A stretch of DNA of 64,000 nt from Candidatus Latescibacterota bacterium (GTDB lineage Bacteria; Latescibacterota; UBA2968; SICM01). Below are positions 30,717 through 39,551 of this stretch, one piece after another (the first letter of the stretch is position 1; every line of letters begins with the position of its first letter). The DNA lies in NCBI GenBank assembly GCA_965217865.1, contig CBDCJO010000002.1, forward strand, positions 1,248,001 to 1,312,000, read 5' to 3'. The translations under genes were made by a program, and so were the position numbers. The notes beneath the pieces were generated by a model that saw only the letters and a program-made list of their open reading frames with translations, was not told the DNA's origin and did no database searches.

Positions 30717-31364
30717 ATGGATATACTCATAAACCCGATAAAAGGCCTGAACGGAGAGATCGTATTGCCCGAAGGCAAGTGGAACACCCTGTGCGCTATG
30801 GCGATGGTTTTGGCGGCCTCGTCCTATCCCAAATCCGACCTGACCCTCCAGGGCGTGTCCCTGGATCCTAAAGGGAGGCGGATGATTCAGGTTTTCAGAT
30901 GGATGAATGTAGGAATCGAATCCGAGAACCGACAAAGAGAGCGAACCGGAAGCCTCCGCATCAAAGGGTCGAAGATGCGTCCAACAAAAGTGGGTGGAGA
31001 AACGGCGGGATTGTTTCTTCAAGAGATCCCGATGTGGATTGTTGCCGGAATCTTTACTTCCGGGGAGATGGTCATTCGAGACATAGGGCAACTTCGGGAA
31101 GGAGAGTTTGACCGGCTCGAACAGCTGGTCGATAATCTGCGAAAGATGGGCATCCGTGTTGGGGAGATGCCCGATGGCGTCGTAGTCGAAGGCAACCGAA
31201 GGCCGCAAGGAACGGAGCTTGATGCCAGGAGAGATGGACCTCTTGCCATGGCCCTGGCATTGGCGGGATTTCGGGCGGAGGGAGAGAAAACGGTCATTCA
31301 CAACGCAGATGGATTGGATCCCATCTGGCCGGGTTTCATTCAATCCGTGACAGAACGGTGTTGA
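30717..31364 (+). CDS. Half-length EPSP-synthase (AroA)-like protein with degenerate catalytic motifs
   Basis: AroA-like N-terminal strand LNGEIVLP joined directly to the C-terminal-domain sequence (QEIP, QLREGEFDRL, DGPLAMA, IWPGF); 215 aa, no internal stop; sits where aroA usually follows tyrA. Confidence 0.75.
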   Translation: MDILINPIKGLNGEIVLPEGKWNTLCAMAMVLAASSYPKSDLTLQGVSLDPKGRRMIQVFRWMNVGIESENRQRERTGSLRIKGSKMRPTKVGGETAGLFLQEIPMWIVAGIFTSGEMVIRDIGQLREGEFDRLEQLVDNLRKMGIRVGEMPDGVVVEGNRRPQGTELDARRDGPLAMALALAGFRAEGEKTVIHNADGLDPIWPGFIQSVTERC

Positions 31365-31373
31365 GGGTCCGTC

Positions 31374-31514
31374 ATGAAATTTCTTTTTAAACTATCGCTT
31401 CTGGCCCTGCTGGTCATCGCCGGTGGAATTTTTTATATCCGGCACCGCTATGGATGCTCGTGGGGTGAGAGCTTTGAAATCGCCGACCAGTTTGTGGCCG
31501 ACCTTTTATGGTGA
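31374..31514 (+). CDS. Small single-TM protein (46 aa; not in the ORF track)
   Basis: MKFLFKLSLLALLVIAGGIFYIRHRYGCSWGESFEIADQFVADLLW*; GAGGG RBS, 9 nt after the aroA-like stop. Confidence 0.6.
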   Translation: MKFLFKLSLLALLVIAGGIFYIRHRYGCSWGESFEIADQFVADLLW

Positions 31515-31594
31515 GAATCGGAGGTTCAGGCAAACAGGGTGCGCCATGGAAATGGTTTAGTTGAATCTTCGATATCACACAGGTGCGCTGCAAG

Positions 31595-32458
31595 ATGGAT
31601 ATCTTTGCCACGACCAGGATCCTAGGCGTGATCGGTCATCCGGTCGCCCACTCCTATTCTCCCGCCATGCACAACGCCGCGATTGCGGACCTCGGGATCG
31701 ACTATGGGTATGTGGCATTTTGTGTGAAGCCTGAAGAGGTGGAAGGAGCCGTTCGAGGGATAAAGGCGCTCAATATCCGGGGTCTAAATGTTACGGTCCC
31801 TCATAAACTGGCCGTTATGGATTACCTCGATGAAATTTCGGAAGAGGCCAGCGTCGTGGGTGCCGTCAACACGATATCCTTTGAATCTGATGGCCGCCTG
31901 ATCGGTTATAACACCGATGTCTACGGGGCTTTGACAGCCCTCAGCCTCTCAGGAGGACTGGATCCGCTTCCCCCAGAAGTCGTTGTCCTCGGTGCGGGAG
32001 GTGCCGCTCGGGCAGTGGTTTACGGTCTTGGAAAATCCCCTGACGTGGAGCGGATCACGATTCTGAATCGCACCGTCGATCGTGCTGAAAACCTGGCCGA
32101 TGACATTCGGAAGGTGACCGGAAAACAGCTGGAAGGGGGACCTCTGTCCGAACAACGGAACGCGTTCCAAAATGCGGGTCTCGTGGTCAACGTAACCTCC
32201 CTCGGCATGCACCCGAACGTCGATGGTTCACCCGTGGACGACGTCTCCGCACTCCATCCCGGGTTAACCGTGTTCGATACCGTATTCAACCCCCTCGAAA
32301 CCCTGTTGATGCGACAGGCGAAATCTTCTGGTGCCCGCGCGCTTGGCGGGTTGGACATGCTTGTCTTCCAGGGTGCCAGATCCTTAGAGATCTGGACCGG
32401 CCTGAAGCCCTCCATTGAAGTTATGAAAAGCTCGGTGCTCAAACGGTTCCGCTCGTGA
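31595..32458 (+). CDS. aroE: Shikimate dehydrogenase
   Basis: GHPVAHSYSPAMHN, NVTVPHK, GAVNT, NTD, GAGGAARA, GLDMLVFQG. Confidence 0.95.
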   Translation: MDIFATTRILGVIGHPVAHSYSPAMHNAAIADLGIDYGYVAFCVKPEEVEGAVRGIKALNIRGLNVTVPHKLAVMDYLDEISEEASVVGAVNTISFESDGRLIGYNTDVYGALTALSLSGGLDPLPPEVVVLGAGGAARAVVYGLGKSPDVERITILNRTVDRAENLADDIRKVTGKQLEGGPLSEQRNAFQNAGLVVNVTSLGMHPNVDGSPVDDVSALHPGLTVFDTVFNPLETLLMRQAKSSGARALGGLDMLVFQGARSLEIWTGLKPSIEVMKSSVLKRFRS

Positions 32459-33180
32459 CAGAACCGGATCCTCTTGTCCAGCGAGACTTCGTCCGAGGCA
32501 TGTTCGACCGCATTGCAGGACGTTATGATCTCCTGAACCACCTCCTGAGTGCCGGAACTGACGTCAGTTGGAGACGAACAGCCGTCCATCTCCTCGATCC
32601 TCAACCGGGATGGCATGTTCTGGACCTTGCGACGGGAACGGGGGACTTCGCTTTCGAGACCGCCTCACGTCAAAACGGCTCTGTCCTCGTGACAGGGGCC
32701 GATCTTTCGATGCCCATGCTCAGAATCGGACTTCGGAAGCGAGGGGGGCGAAGGGTCGATCTGCTCTGCTGCGATGCGGAGGGGCTTCCCTTTCAAGATA
32801 AAACCTTCAACGGGGTGACCATCGGCTTTGGAATCCGAAACGTGGCTCGTCTGGAGTCGGGTCTGGGAGAGATGTGGCGAATTCTCAAACCCGGAGGGCG
32901 CGCTGTCGTCCTCGAATTTTCCAAACCCAGAGCAGTTGTCCTGAAGGACATCTTTAACTTCTACTTCAAGAATATCCTCCCCCGTATCGGAGCCCTCATT
33001 TCCAAGGATAAAATGGCTTACACATATCTTTACGAATCCGTCATCCGATTCCCGGAGGGGGGGGATTTCGTGTCAGCTATGGTGAGGGCGGGTTTCCGAA
33101 GCGTGCGCGAACATCGATTGACGTTCGGAATCGCGACCGCCTACGTTGGGGAGCGGATCCCCTCTGAATGGAGGCCGTAA
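32455..33180 (+). CDS. ubiE: UbiE/MenG quinone C-methyltransferase
   Basis: MFDRIAGRYDLLNHLLS, DLATGTGD, GFGIRNV, YTYLYES. Confidence 0.92.
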   Translation: MTEPDPLVQRDFVRGMFDRIAGRYDLLNHLLSAGTDVSWRRTAVHLLDPQPGWHVLDLATGTGDFAFETASRQNGSVLVTGADLSMPMLRIGLRKRGGRRVDLLCCDAEGLPFQDKTFNGVTIGFGIRNVARLESGLGEMWRILKPGGRAVVLEFSKPRAVVLKDIFNFYFKNILPRIGALISKDKMAYTYLYESVIRFPEGGDFVSAMVRAGFRSVREHRLTFGIATAYVGERIPSEWRP

Positions 33181-33998
33181 TGGAAAAAGTTGAAGGGGTG
33201 CGACTCACGACCGCACAACGCATGCATTTCGACATTTACGGATATGTACTGCTGGAAGACGTTTTGACCTGCGATGAGATCGCGCGAATGAAAACCGCTG
33301 TTCACAAGATGAACGAGGATCCTGATCTCGATTCCAAAAAGATCCCCGTGCGTCGAAAGGGAACATACTACGTGATGTTCGAGCGGATCATCGAAAACGA
33401 TCCGGCGCTCCTGGAGTTTGCGGTGCATTCAAAACTCGTTCCCCTGGTCGAAGATGTGGTGGGCGGGGCCGTCCGACTGGAGGAGTCCGTCGCCGTGATT
33501 TCAAGCAGAAACCCTGAAAATTGCCTCGAAGACCTTTTCTCGCGTCGTTATAATCCGACGTCCTTCCACGCTGGCACGCAGCCGGGTTGGGGCACCTACG
33601 AGGAAAAGGATCGATTCCACTGTCTTTTTGTAAAAACGCTGGCCTATCTGACGGATGTGGGGCCGGACGACGGGGGAACGACCGTGATCCCGGGGAGCCA
33701 CAAGTTGCCGTGGGCCCGAAAGGAGTTGATCGACGCCGCGATGGCGGACGATTCCCTCATCCGTCAGATAGAGGCTAAAGCCGGATCGGTCCTGCTCTTC
33801 CCAGAATCACTCGTCCACAGCGGAACTGCCTTGCGAAGCGATAAGGAGCGAACGGTTCTGATCTACGGCTATACCCCGCCCATGCTCAGGGAGTGGACCG
33901 GGCACGAGATTAGCCCTGAGTTCATCGATACCCTTCCTGAAGAGATACGACCGCTTATATCCGGAAGCGACAACTGGCGGTGGCGGAGGAATTACTGA
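33180..33998 (+). CDS. Phytanoyl-CoA dioxygenase (PhyH)-family Fe/2OG enzyme
   Basis: FDIYGYVLLEDVL, YLTDVGPDDGGTTVIPGSHK, AGSVLLF..LVHSG. Confidence 0.85.
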   Translation: MEKVEGVRLTTAQRMHFDIYGYVLLEDVLTCDEIARMKTAVHKMNEDPDLDSKKIPVRRKGTYYVMFERIIENDPALLEFAVHSKLVPLVEDVVGGAVRLEESVAVISSRNPENCLEDLFSRRYNPTSFHAGTQPGWGTYEEKDRFHCLFVKTLAYLTDVGPDDGGTTVIPGSHKLPWARKELIDAAMADDSLIRQIEAKAGSVLLFPESLVHSGTALRSDKERTVLIYGYTPPMLREWTGHEISPEFIDTLPEEIRPLISGSDNWRWRRNY

Positions 33999-34013
33999 AT
34001 GAAGGCGGCGTTC

Positions 34014-34141
34014 CGTCAATCGTCAATCCTAAACTTCATCCAGACTGTTCCACTGTCTCACGTTTGAACGACGGTCTTTCTGACCCCAGACCTCTGACTC
34101 CCGACAATCGTCTATCGTCCATCGTCCACCGTCGATCTTCC
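34014..34141 (+). repeat. Degenerate heptanucleotide tandem repeats
   Basis: CGTCAAT x2; TCTGACC/CCAGACC/TCTGACT; ATCGTCT ATCGTCC ATCGTCC ACCGTCG ATCTTCC. Confidence 0.6.
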
Positions 34142-34147
34142 ATTTAC

Positions 34148-35851
34148 ATGCCAAACCCGTTCATACAACATATTTCCGAACAGGTCTGCATCGCGTCGGG
34201 TCTCCCGGCACACGAAGTGGCTCAAAGAATCGAAATTCCACCCCAGAGCCGGTTGGGGGACTACGCCTTTCCATGCTTTTCTCTGGCCAAGCTTCTCAAA
34301 AAGGCGCCCCCGCTCATCGCAACAGAGTTGGCCGAAAAGATTTTGACCGGCGCCTTGTTTTCAGAGATCCGGCCCGTCGGTCCCTACCTCAACTTTTTCG
34401 TGGAGCGGGGGGCCCTGGCACGACATATTTTGGGCGAGGTCCTGGAAGGGGGAGACGCTTATGGAGAGAGCGACGAAGGGGAGGGAAAGACCATCGTCAT
34501 CGATTTTGCCTCTCCGAATATCGCCAAAGAGTTCCACGTCGGACACCTGATTACCACCATTCTCGGCAACTCGCTGGTTCGGATCCACGAAACCCTGGGC
34601 TACAAAGTCATCGGAGTCAACCATCTGGGTGATTGGGGAACTCCGATTGGCATGGTCATTACGGCCTTTAAGCTATGGGGAGACCGGCTCCAGGTCGAAT
34701 CCAGCCCAATCGATGAACTCCTGAAGCTCTACATCCGGTTTCGTGAGGAGGCCGAGAAAGACGCGGACCTTCACGACCGGGCTCGCACCTGGACCAGGAA
34801 ACTGGAGGAGGGAGATGAGGAAGCGATCTCCCTCTGGAAATGGTTTCGAGATGAGAGCATCAAAGAATATTCCCGGATTTACGACATGCTCGGAGTTCGA
34901 TTCGATGAATATACGGGGGAGAGTTTCTACGCAAAGACAGTCGACCAGGCCATCGACCGGCTCCTCCAGCAGGGACTCGCCGTTGAAAGCGAAGGGCCCT
35001 TGGTCGTGAGGTTGGATGAGGACGATATGCCACCTTGCATCCTCCGACGGAGCGACGGCGCGAGCGTGTATGGGAGCAGGGACATCTCTGCAGCACTTGC
35101 CCGCTATGCGAAGTATCGCTTCGACAAGATGCTCTATGTGACCGACGCCCGCCAGGCCCTGCACTTCAGGCAGTTCTTCAGGGTCCTGGAGTTGATGGGA
35201 AATCCGTGGGCTTCTCAATTGATACACGTAACATACGGTCTCTTGAGCTTCAAAGGCGAGGCCATGGCCACCCGGAGCGGAAACGTAATACTACTGAAAG
35301 ACGTGCTGGGGGAGGCCGTGGAATTGACCCGAAAGATCATCGCCGAGAAAAACCCGGATCTCCGGGACCGAGAGTCGGTTGCAAAGGACGTGGGTATAGG
35401 TGCGGTGATCTTCGCAATGCTCTCCACCCGACGGGGAAAGGACTCGGTCTTTGACTGGGGGGAAGTGCTCAACTTCAACGGGGAAACAGGGCCTTATGTA
35501 CAGTATACTCACGCCCGATATTCTAGTGTCCTTCGAAAGTATGGCCGTGAGGTTCCCCCTCCCGGCGCGGAATGGGAGCGCCTTGTCTCGGATGAAGAAG
35601 CCGCCGTCATAAAACATCTGGAGAGGTTCCCGAAGAGAATACGTGCGGCGGCCGAATCGTATGAACCCTCATTGATCGCGACATATCTTCTCGACCTTTG
35701 CACCGCGGCAAATCTATTCTACAATAACCACCGCGTGATTTCGGATGACCCCGCGCTCACAAAAGCGCGAATATCGCTCGTATATTGCATCAAGCTGGTG
35801 TTGGGAAAGGGATTGCACCTTCTCGGGATGAGGGCACCCGAGAGCATGTAG
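34148..35851 (+). CDS. argS: Arginine--tRNA ligase
   Basis: DFASPNIAKEFHVGH, NHLGDWG, GETGPYVQYTHAR, C-terminal APESM; ATG 34148. Confidence 0.96.
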   Translation: MPNPFIQHISEQVCIASGLPAHEVAQRIEIPPQSRLGDYAFPCFSLAKLLKKAPPLIATELAEKILTGALFSEIRPVGPYLNFFVERGALARHILGEVLEGGDAYGESDEGEGKTIVIDFASPNIAKEFHVGHLITTILGNSLVRIHETLGYKVIGVNHLGDWGTPIGMVITAFKLWGDRLQVESSPIDELLKLYIRFREEAEKDADLHDRARTWTRKLEEGDEEAISLWKWFRDESIKEYSRIYDMLGVRFDEYTGESFYAKTVDQAIDRLLQQGLAVESEGPLVVRLDEDDMPPCILRRSDGASVYGSRDISAALARYAKYRFDKMLYVTDARQALHFRQFFRVLELMGNPWASQLIHVTYGLLSFKGEAMATRSGNVILLKDVLGEAVELTRKIIAEKNPDLRDRESVAKDVGIGAVIFAMLSTRRGKDSVFDWGEVLNFNGETGPYVQYTHARYSSVLRKYGREVPPPGAEWERLVSDEEAAVIKHLERFPKRIRAAAESYEPSLIATYLLDLCTAANLFYNNHRVISDDPALTKARISLVYCIKLVLGKGLHLLGMRAPESM

Positions 35852-35884
35852 ACTTACGGTTTAATCAAACTTGGAGGATCGACT

Positions 35885-36406
35885 GTCAAGAATCGTCACA
35901 TTTATCTGACCGGATTCATGGGAGCCGGGAAAAGCAAGGTGGGAACCATTTTGGCCGTACGGCTCGACAAGTACTTTGTGGATACCGATGATCTCGTTGA
36001 GGAGAGGGTGGGAAAGTCGATCACGGATATATTTCGGGAAAATGGAGAGGAGAGGTTCCGGCGCTTCGAGCACGAGGTTATAAGAGCGGCTTCCGAGAGA
36101 GATCCCTCAGTCATCGCCCTGGGGGGGGGTGCCGTGACCCGAGAGGAGAATTGGGGAATCATTAAGAATTCGGGAATCTCTGTCTATCTTCACGCAAGCC
36201 CGGAAACAATTTTCCATCGGGTCAGTCGTAAAAGGGATCGCCCTCTTCTCGCCGGATTGGACGACGATGCCTGCCTGGAAAAGATCCGATCGATGCTCTC
36301 CGCCCGGGACCCTTTCTATCGACAAGCGGATATCTCCGTGGAATCGGTGGACGAACGAACCCCCTATCAGACCGCGGATCTCGTCATTCGTGAACTGGAT
36401 AAATAA
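35885..36406 (+). CDS. aroK: Shikimate kinase (apparent non-canonical start)
   Basis: KNRHIYLTGFMGAGKS, DTD, GEERFR, LGGG, RPLL; the first in-frame ATG (35918) lies inside the P-loop. Confidence 0.92.
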   Translation, partial: VKNRHIYLTGFMGAGKSKVGTILAVRLDKYFVDTDDLVEERVGKSITDIFRENGEERFRRFEHEVIRAASERDPSVIALGGGAVTREENWGIIKNSGISVYLHASPETIFHRVSRKRDRPLLAGLDDDACLEKIRSMLSARDPFYRQADISVESVDERTPYQTADLVIRELDK

Positions 36407-36543
36407 CGCCAGGCATCAAACGTATCCCCTTCCAACGTGACCGCTCTGTTGATTTGTCTTGCTCGCTGCAACTGATCGTTGTGGGTGGGATCGACCCATC
36501 CCGGTAGGTTCCGTACCGGCTTTATGAACGGAAAGTCACTAAA

Positions 36544-37671
36544 ATGAGAACCGTTAAGGTTAAAGTAGGCGAACAAGCTTACCCGATACATATCGGTCAC
36601 GGTATCCTTAAGGAACTCGGAGCGATCTATAGAAAGCTTGAATTGGGCCAGAAAGCAGCGGTCCTTACGGATATGGGAGTTGCCGATCATCATCTGGACC
36701 CGGCTGTGGAGAGCCTTCGTGATGCGGGTGTGGATGTGTTCTCCGTAACCATCCAGGGAGGGGAAGCCAACAAGACCCTCGACACCGTGAAATCCGTCTA
36801 CGATGCGCTCATCGATGCCCGGCTGGACCGGGGTTCCGCCGTGGTATCCCTGGGTGGAGGAGTCGTGGGGGACATCAGCGGATTTGTCGCTGCAACATTT
36901 ATGCGAGGAATAGACTATGTCCAGGTACCCACGACGATCGTGTCGCAGGTGGATGCGAGCGTGGGTGGAAAAACCGGTGTCGATTACGGGGGCGGGAAGA
37001 ACATGATCGGGGCATTCCACCACCCCCGCCTGGTTTGCATCGACACGTCTCTCCTCCGAACACTGCCCCGGCGCGAGGTGGTGGCCGGAATGGTCGAAGT
37101 GGCCAAGCACGCCGTCATCCGTGACGAAGCCATGTTCGCGCTCCTCGAGGGCTGCATTGAAGAAATCGTAGAAATGCGACTCCCGATCGATGAGTTCGAC
37201 GCTCTGATCGAAGGTAACTGTCGGATCAAAGCGGACGTCGTTCAGGCCGACCCTGACGAGCGTACCGGCCTGAGGGCAATCCTCAACTACGGCCATACCA
37301 TCGGACACGCCATCGAGTCTGCGACAGATTATGGTCGTTATCTGCACGGAGAGGCCGTCCTTCTCGGCATGGCTGCAGCGGGAAAGATCGCTTACGATAG
37401 GGGGAGCTGGTCCGGAGTTGACTTCGGTCGTCAGGAGGGACTGCTTCAGCGCCTCGGAATACCGGGGGGCCTGGATCTTTTGCCTGAGGATTCAATACTG
37501 GAGAGGATAGAGATCGATAAGAAATCGCGGGATGGTGTCCTGACTTTCGTCCTTCCGACAAGGATCGGACACGCCACAACCTTTAACGACGTTACGCGAG
37601 ATGAAATTCTAGTGGGAATTGATTATGTTAAACAAGGATCTTTACCAGAAACCGCACGGGCGCCTAATTGA
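36544..37671 (+). CDS. aroB: 3-dehydroquinate synthase
   Basis: GGGVVGDISGF, PTT..SQVDASVGGKTG, KNMIGAF, LNYGHTIGHAIE, HGEAV. Confidence 0.96.
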   Translation: MRTVKVKVGEQAYPIHIGHGILKELGAIYRKLELGQKAAVLTDMGVADHHLDPAVESLRDAGVDVFSVTIQGGEANKTLDTVKSVYDALIDARLDRGSAVVSLGGGVVGDISGFVAATFMRGIDYVQVPTTIVSQVDASVGGKTGVDYGGGKNMIGAFHHPRLVCIDTSLLRTLPRREVVAGMVEVAKHAVIRDEAMFALLEGCIEEIVEMRLPIDEFDALIEGNCRIKADVVQADPDERTGLRAILNYGHTIGHAIESATDYGRYLHGEAVLLGMAAAGKIAYDRGSWSGVDFGRQEGLLQRLGIPGGLDLLPEDSILERIEIDKKSRDGVLTFVLPTRIGHATTFNDVTRDEILVGIDYVKQGSLPETARAPN

Positions 37672-37716
37672 AAAGATCTATTTTCCCTATAAGGCGGACC
37701 CGAGATCGCCTAACTC

Positions 37717-38520
37717 ATGCACACCCTGACCTTCGACATCGAAGAATGGTACCACGCCAACTACGACCATTTAGGAACCATATCCGAATGCCCGGAAACC
37801 CATCTGGCTGACAACATTCAATATTTGTTGGACCTGTGCGATCGCTACGGATTGCGCAGCACCTGTTTTATCCTCGGATGCGTGGCCGAAAACAAACCCG
37901 AGTTGATCCGGGAAATTAACCGAAGGGGCCATGAAGTCGCCAGCCACGGTTACGGCCATCGACAGGTGTTCTCAATGACACCGGCAGAATTCGATGCCGA
38001 CTTGTCGCGGTCAATCAAAACCCTGGAGGACGCTGCCGGGACATCCATCCGAAGTTTTCGAGCCCCTTCCTGGTCCATCAACCTGGACATCTTGACCTGG
38101 TATTACGATATCCTCGAGAAACACGGGATCCAACTCAGTTCCAGCATCTTACCAGCCCAAACCTTTTTATACGGCATCCCAGGCTTCCCCCCCAAACCAC
38201 ACCACCCGGTCGTCAACGGTCGCCGGGTCAACGTTTTGGAGCATCCCGTCCCCGTGACCTCGGTCTTTGGGAAAAAGATCGCGTTCTCTGGCGGGTTCTA
38301 CTTTCGATTTTTTCCCTTGTGGTTTATCTGCAGACAGTTTAAACGGCAGTTGCATGAGGGTAACGCTCCGTTCGTATATCTCCACCCTCGAGAGATCGAT
38401 CCCGCTCAGCCCCGTCTCAGCTTGAAGGGAAGGGAACATTTTATACACTATCATGGGATCAATACCGCACCGGCAAAATTCGAACGGCTGTGCGCGTTTT
38501 TGGGCAAGCTCGAGTTATGA
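37717..38520 (+). CDS. Polysaccharide deacetylase (DUF3473 / PEP-CTERM-locus type)
   Basis: TFDIEEWYH, GHEVASHGYGH, FRAPSWS, GGFYFR, YLHPREIDP. Confidence 0.88.
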   Translation: MHTLTFDIEEWYHANYDHLGTISECPETHLADNIQYLLDLCDRYGLRSTCFILGCVAENKPELIREINRRGHEVASHGYGHRQVFSMTPAEFDADLSRSIKTLEDAAGTSIRSFRAPSWSINLDILTWYYDILEKHGIQLSSSILPAQTFLYGIPGFPPKPHHPVVNGRRVNVLEHPVPVTSVFGKKIAFSGGFYFRFFPLWFICRQFKRQLHEGNAPFVYLHPREIDPAQPRLSLKGREHFIHYHGINTAPAKFERLCAFLGKLEL

Positions 38521-39551
38521 CTGGTCAATTACAAATCAAGCTATGTGAATCAGAAGCCGAGGGAAAGGCATGGAACAAATTTGTAAAAGTCGCTCCGGGG
38601 GCAACCGTATATCACCGATGGGAGTGGCGAGAGATTTATCGGAGCAGCTTCGGATTCACCCCCCGATACTGGGGTGCTTTTATAAACGGAGAACTGATCG
38701 GTGTCTTCCCCGGCGTTTTTATGCGGGGGCTGAACTTCCGCCGCCACTGGGTTTCACTTCCCTTTATTACGGCCGCGGGCCCCTGTGCGACAAGCGACGA
38801 AAACTGGAACGCCTTGCTGGACGGCGTGATGAAAGACGAGGCCCCTTATGTCTCCGTCCAGGTTCGGACCCTGGGAAACAGGGCATGTCCAGGATGGAAG
38901 ACCCAGGCCGATTCTGTAACGTGTGTTCTGAGGCTATCCAGCGAAGAAACACTATGGAAGGAATCGTTGAGAGGAAAAGTAAGAAATCAGGTTGGCAAAG
39001 CCATGAAAAACGGCGTCACAACCCGTCGGGGAGGCGCAGAATTGATTCCGGGATTCTATCGGATATGGAACCGGCGAATGTGGGAACTCGGAACGCCCGC
39101 GTTTCCTGAGCGCTTCTTTAAGGAAATCCTCCGGACTTTCGGCGAAGATGCATGGATCCGGATTGTAGAGGTGGGTAATCTGATGGTAGGAGGAATGCTG
39201 TTATTAAAAAACGGGAACCGAATTGCCGATCCCTGGGCGGCAACCTTGAGAGACTTTGACCGGGTATGCGCCAACAACCTGCTGTGTTGGAAGGCCATCC
39301 AGGAGGCATGCAGGCTTGAGATCGCGTATTTCGACATGGGTCGATCCCCCCGAGGCAGCACCACGCTCCGTTTTAAAGAAAGCTGGGGAGCACGACCTGA
39401 ACCTTTATCATACTTGATTCGACCCGGAAAAAAAAGTGGCCCATTTTCCCAACAAAATTTCTCGCTGGCCTCCAGAATATGGTCCCAGGTCCCGATGAAA
39501 GCCACCAACAAAATGGGGCCAATGGTCGTCCGATTCCTGACCGAACTTTAA
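38517..39551 (+). CDS. FemAB-like GNAT protein (XrtA/PEP-CTERM-locus type)
   Basis: ATVYHRWEW, VSLPF, KVRNQV.KA, LGTP, NNLL.W, FDMGRS, FKESWGA. Confidence 0.85.
   Translation: MTGQLQIKLCESEAEGKAWNKFVKVAPGATVYHRWEWREIYRSSFGFTPRYWGAFINGELIGVFPGVFMRGLNFRRHWVSLPFITAAGPCATSDENWNALLDGVMKDEAPYVSVQVRTLGNRACPGWKTQADSVTCVLRLSSEETLWKESLRGKVRNQVGKAMKNGVTTRRGGAELIPGFYRIWNRRMWELGTPAFPERFFKEILRTFGEDAWIRIVEVGNLMVGGMLLLKNGNRIADPWAATLRDFDRVCANNLLCWKAIQEACRLEIAYFDMGRSPRGSTTLRFKESWGARPEPLSYLIRPGKKSGPFSQQNFSLASRIWSQVPMKATNKMGPMVVRFLTEL

Noticed and set aside
30018-31343. 441-aa minus-strand ORF, AroA-sized
   Set aside because: Antisense to tyrA and the aroA-like gene, no AroA motifs; it does not supply the missing domain.
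37717-39551. PEP-CTERM/exosortase system
   Set aside because: Only the deacetylase and FemAB-like genes are present; no exosortase or PEP-CTERM protein was seen in the window.
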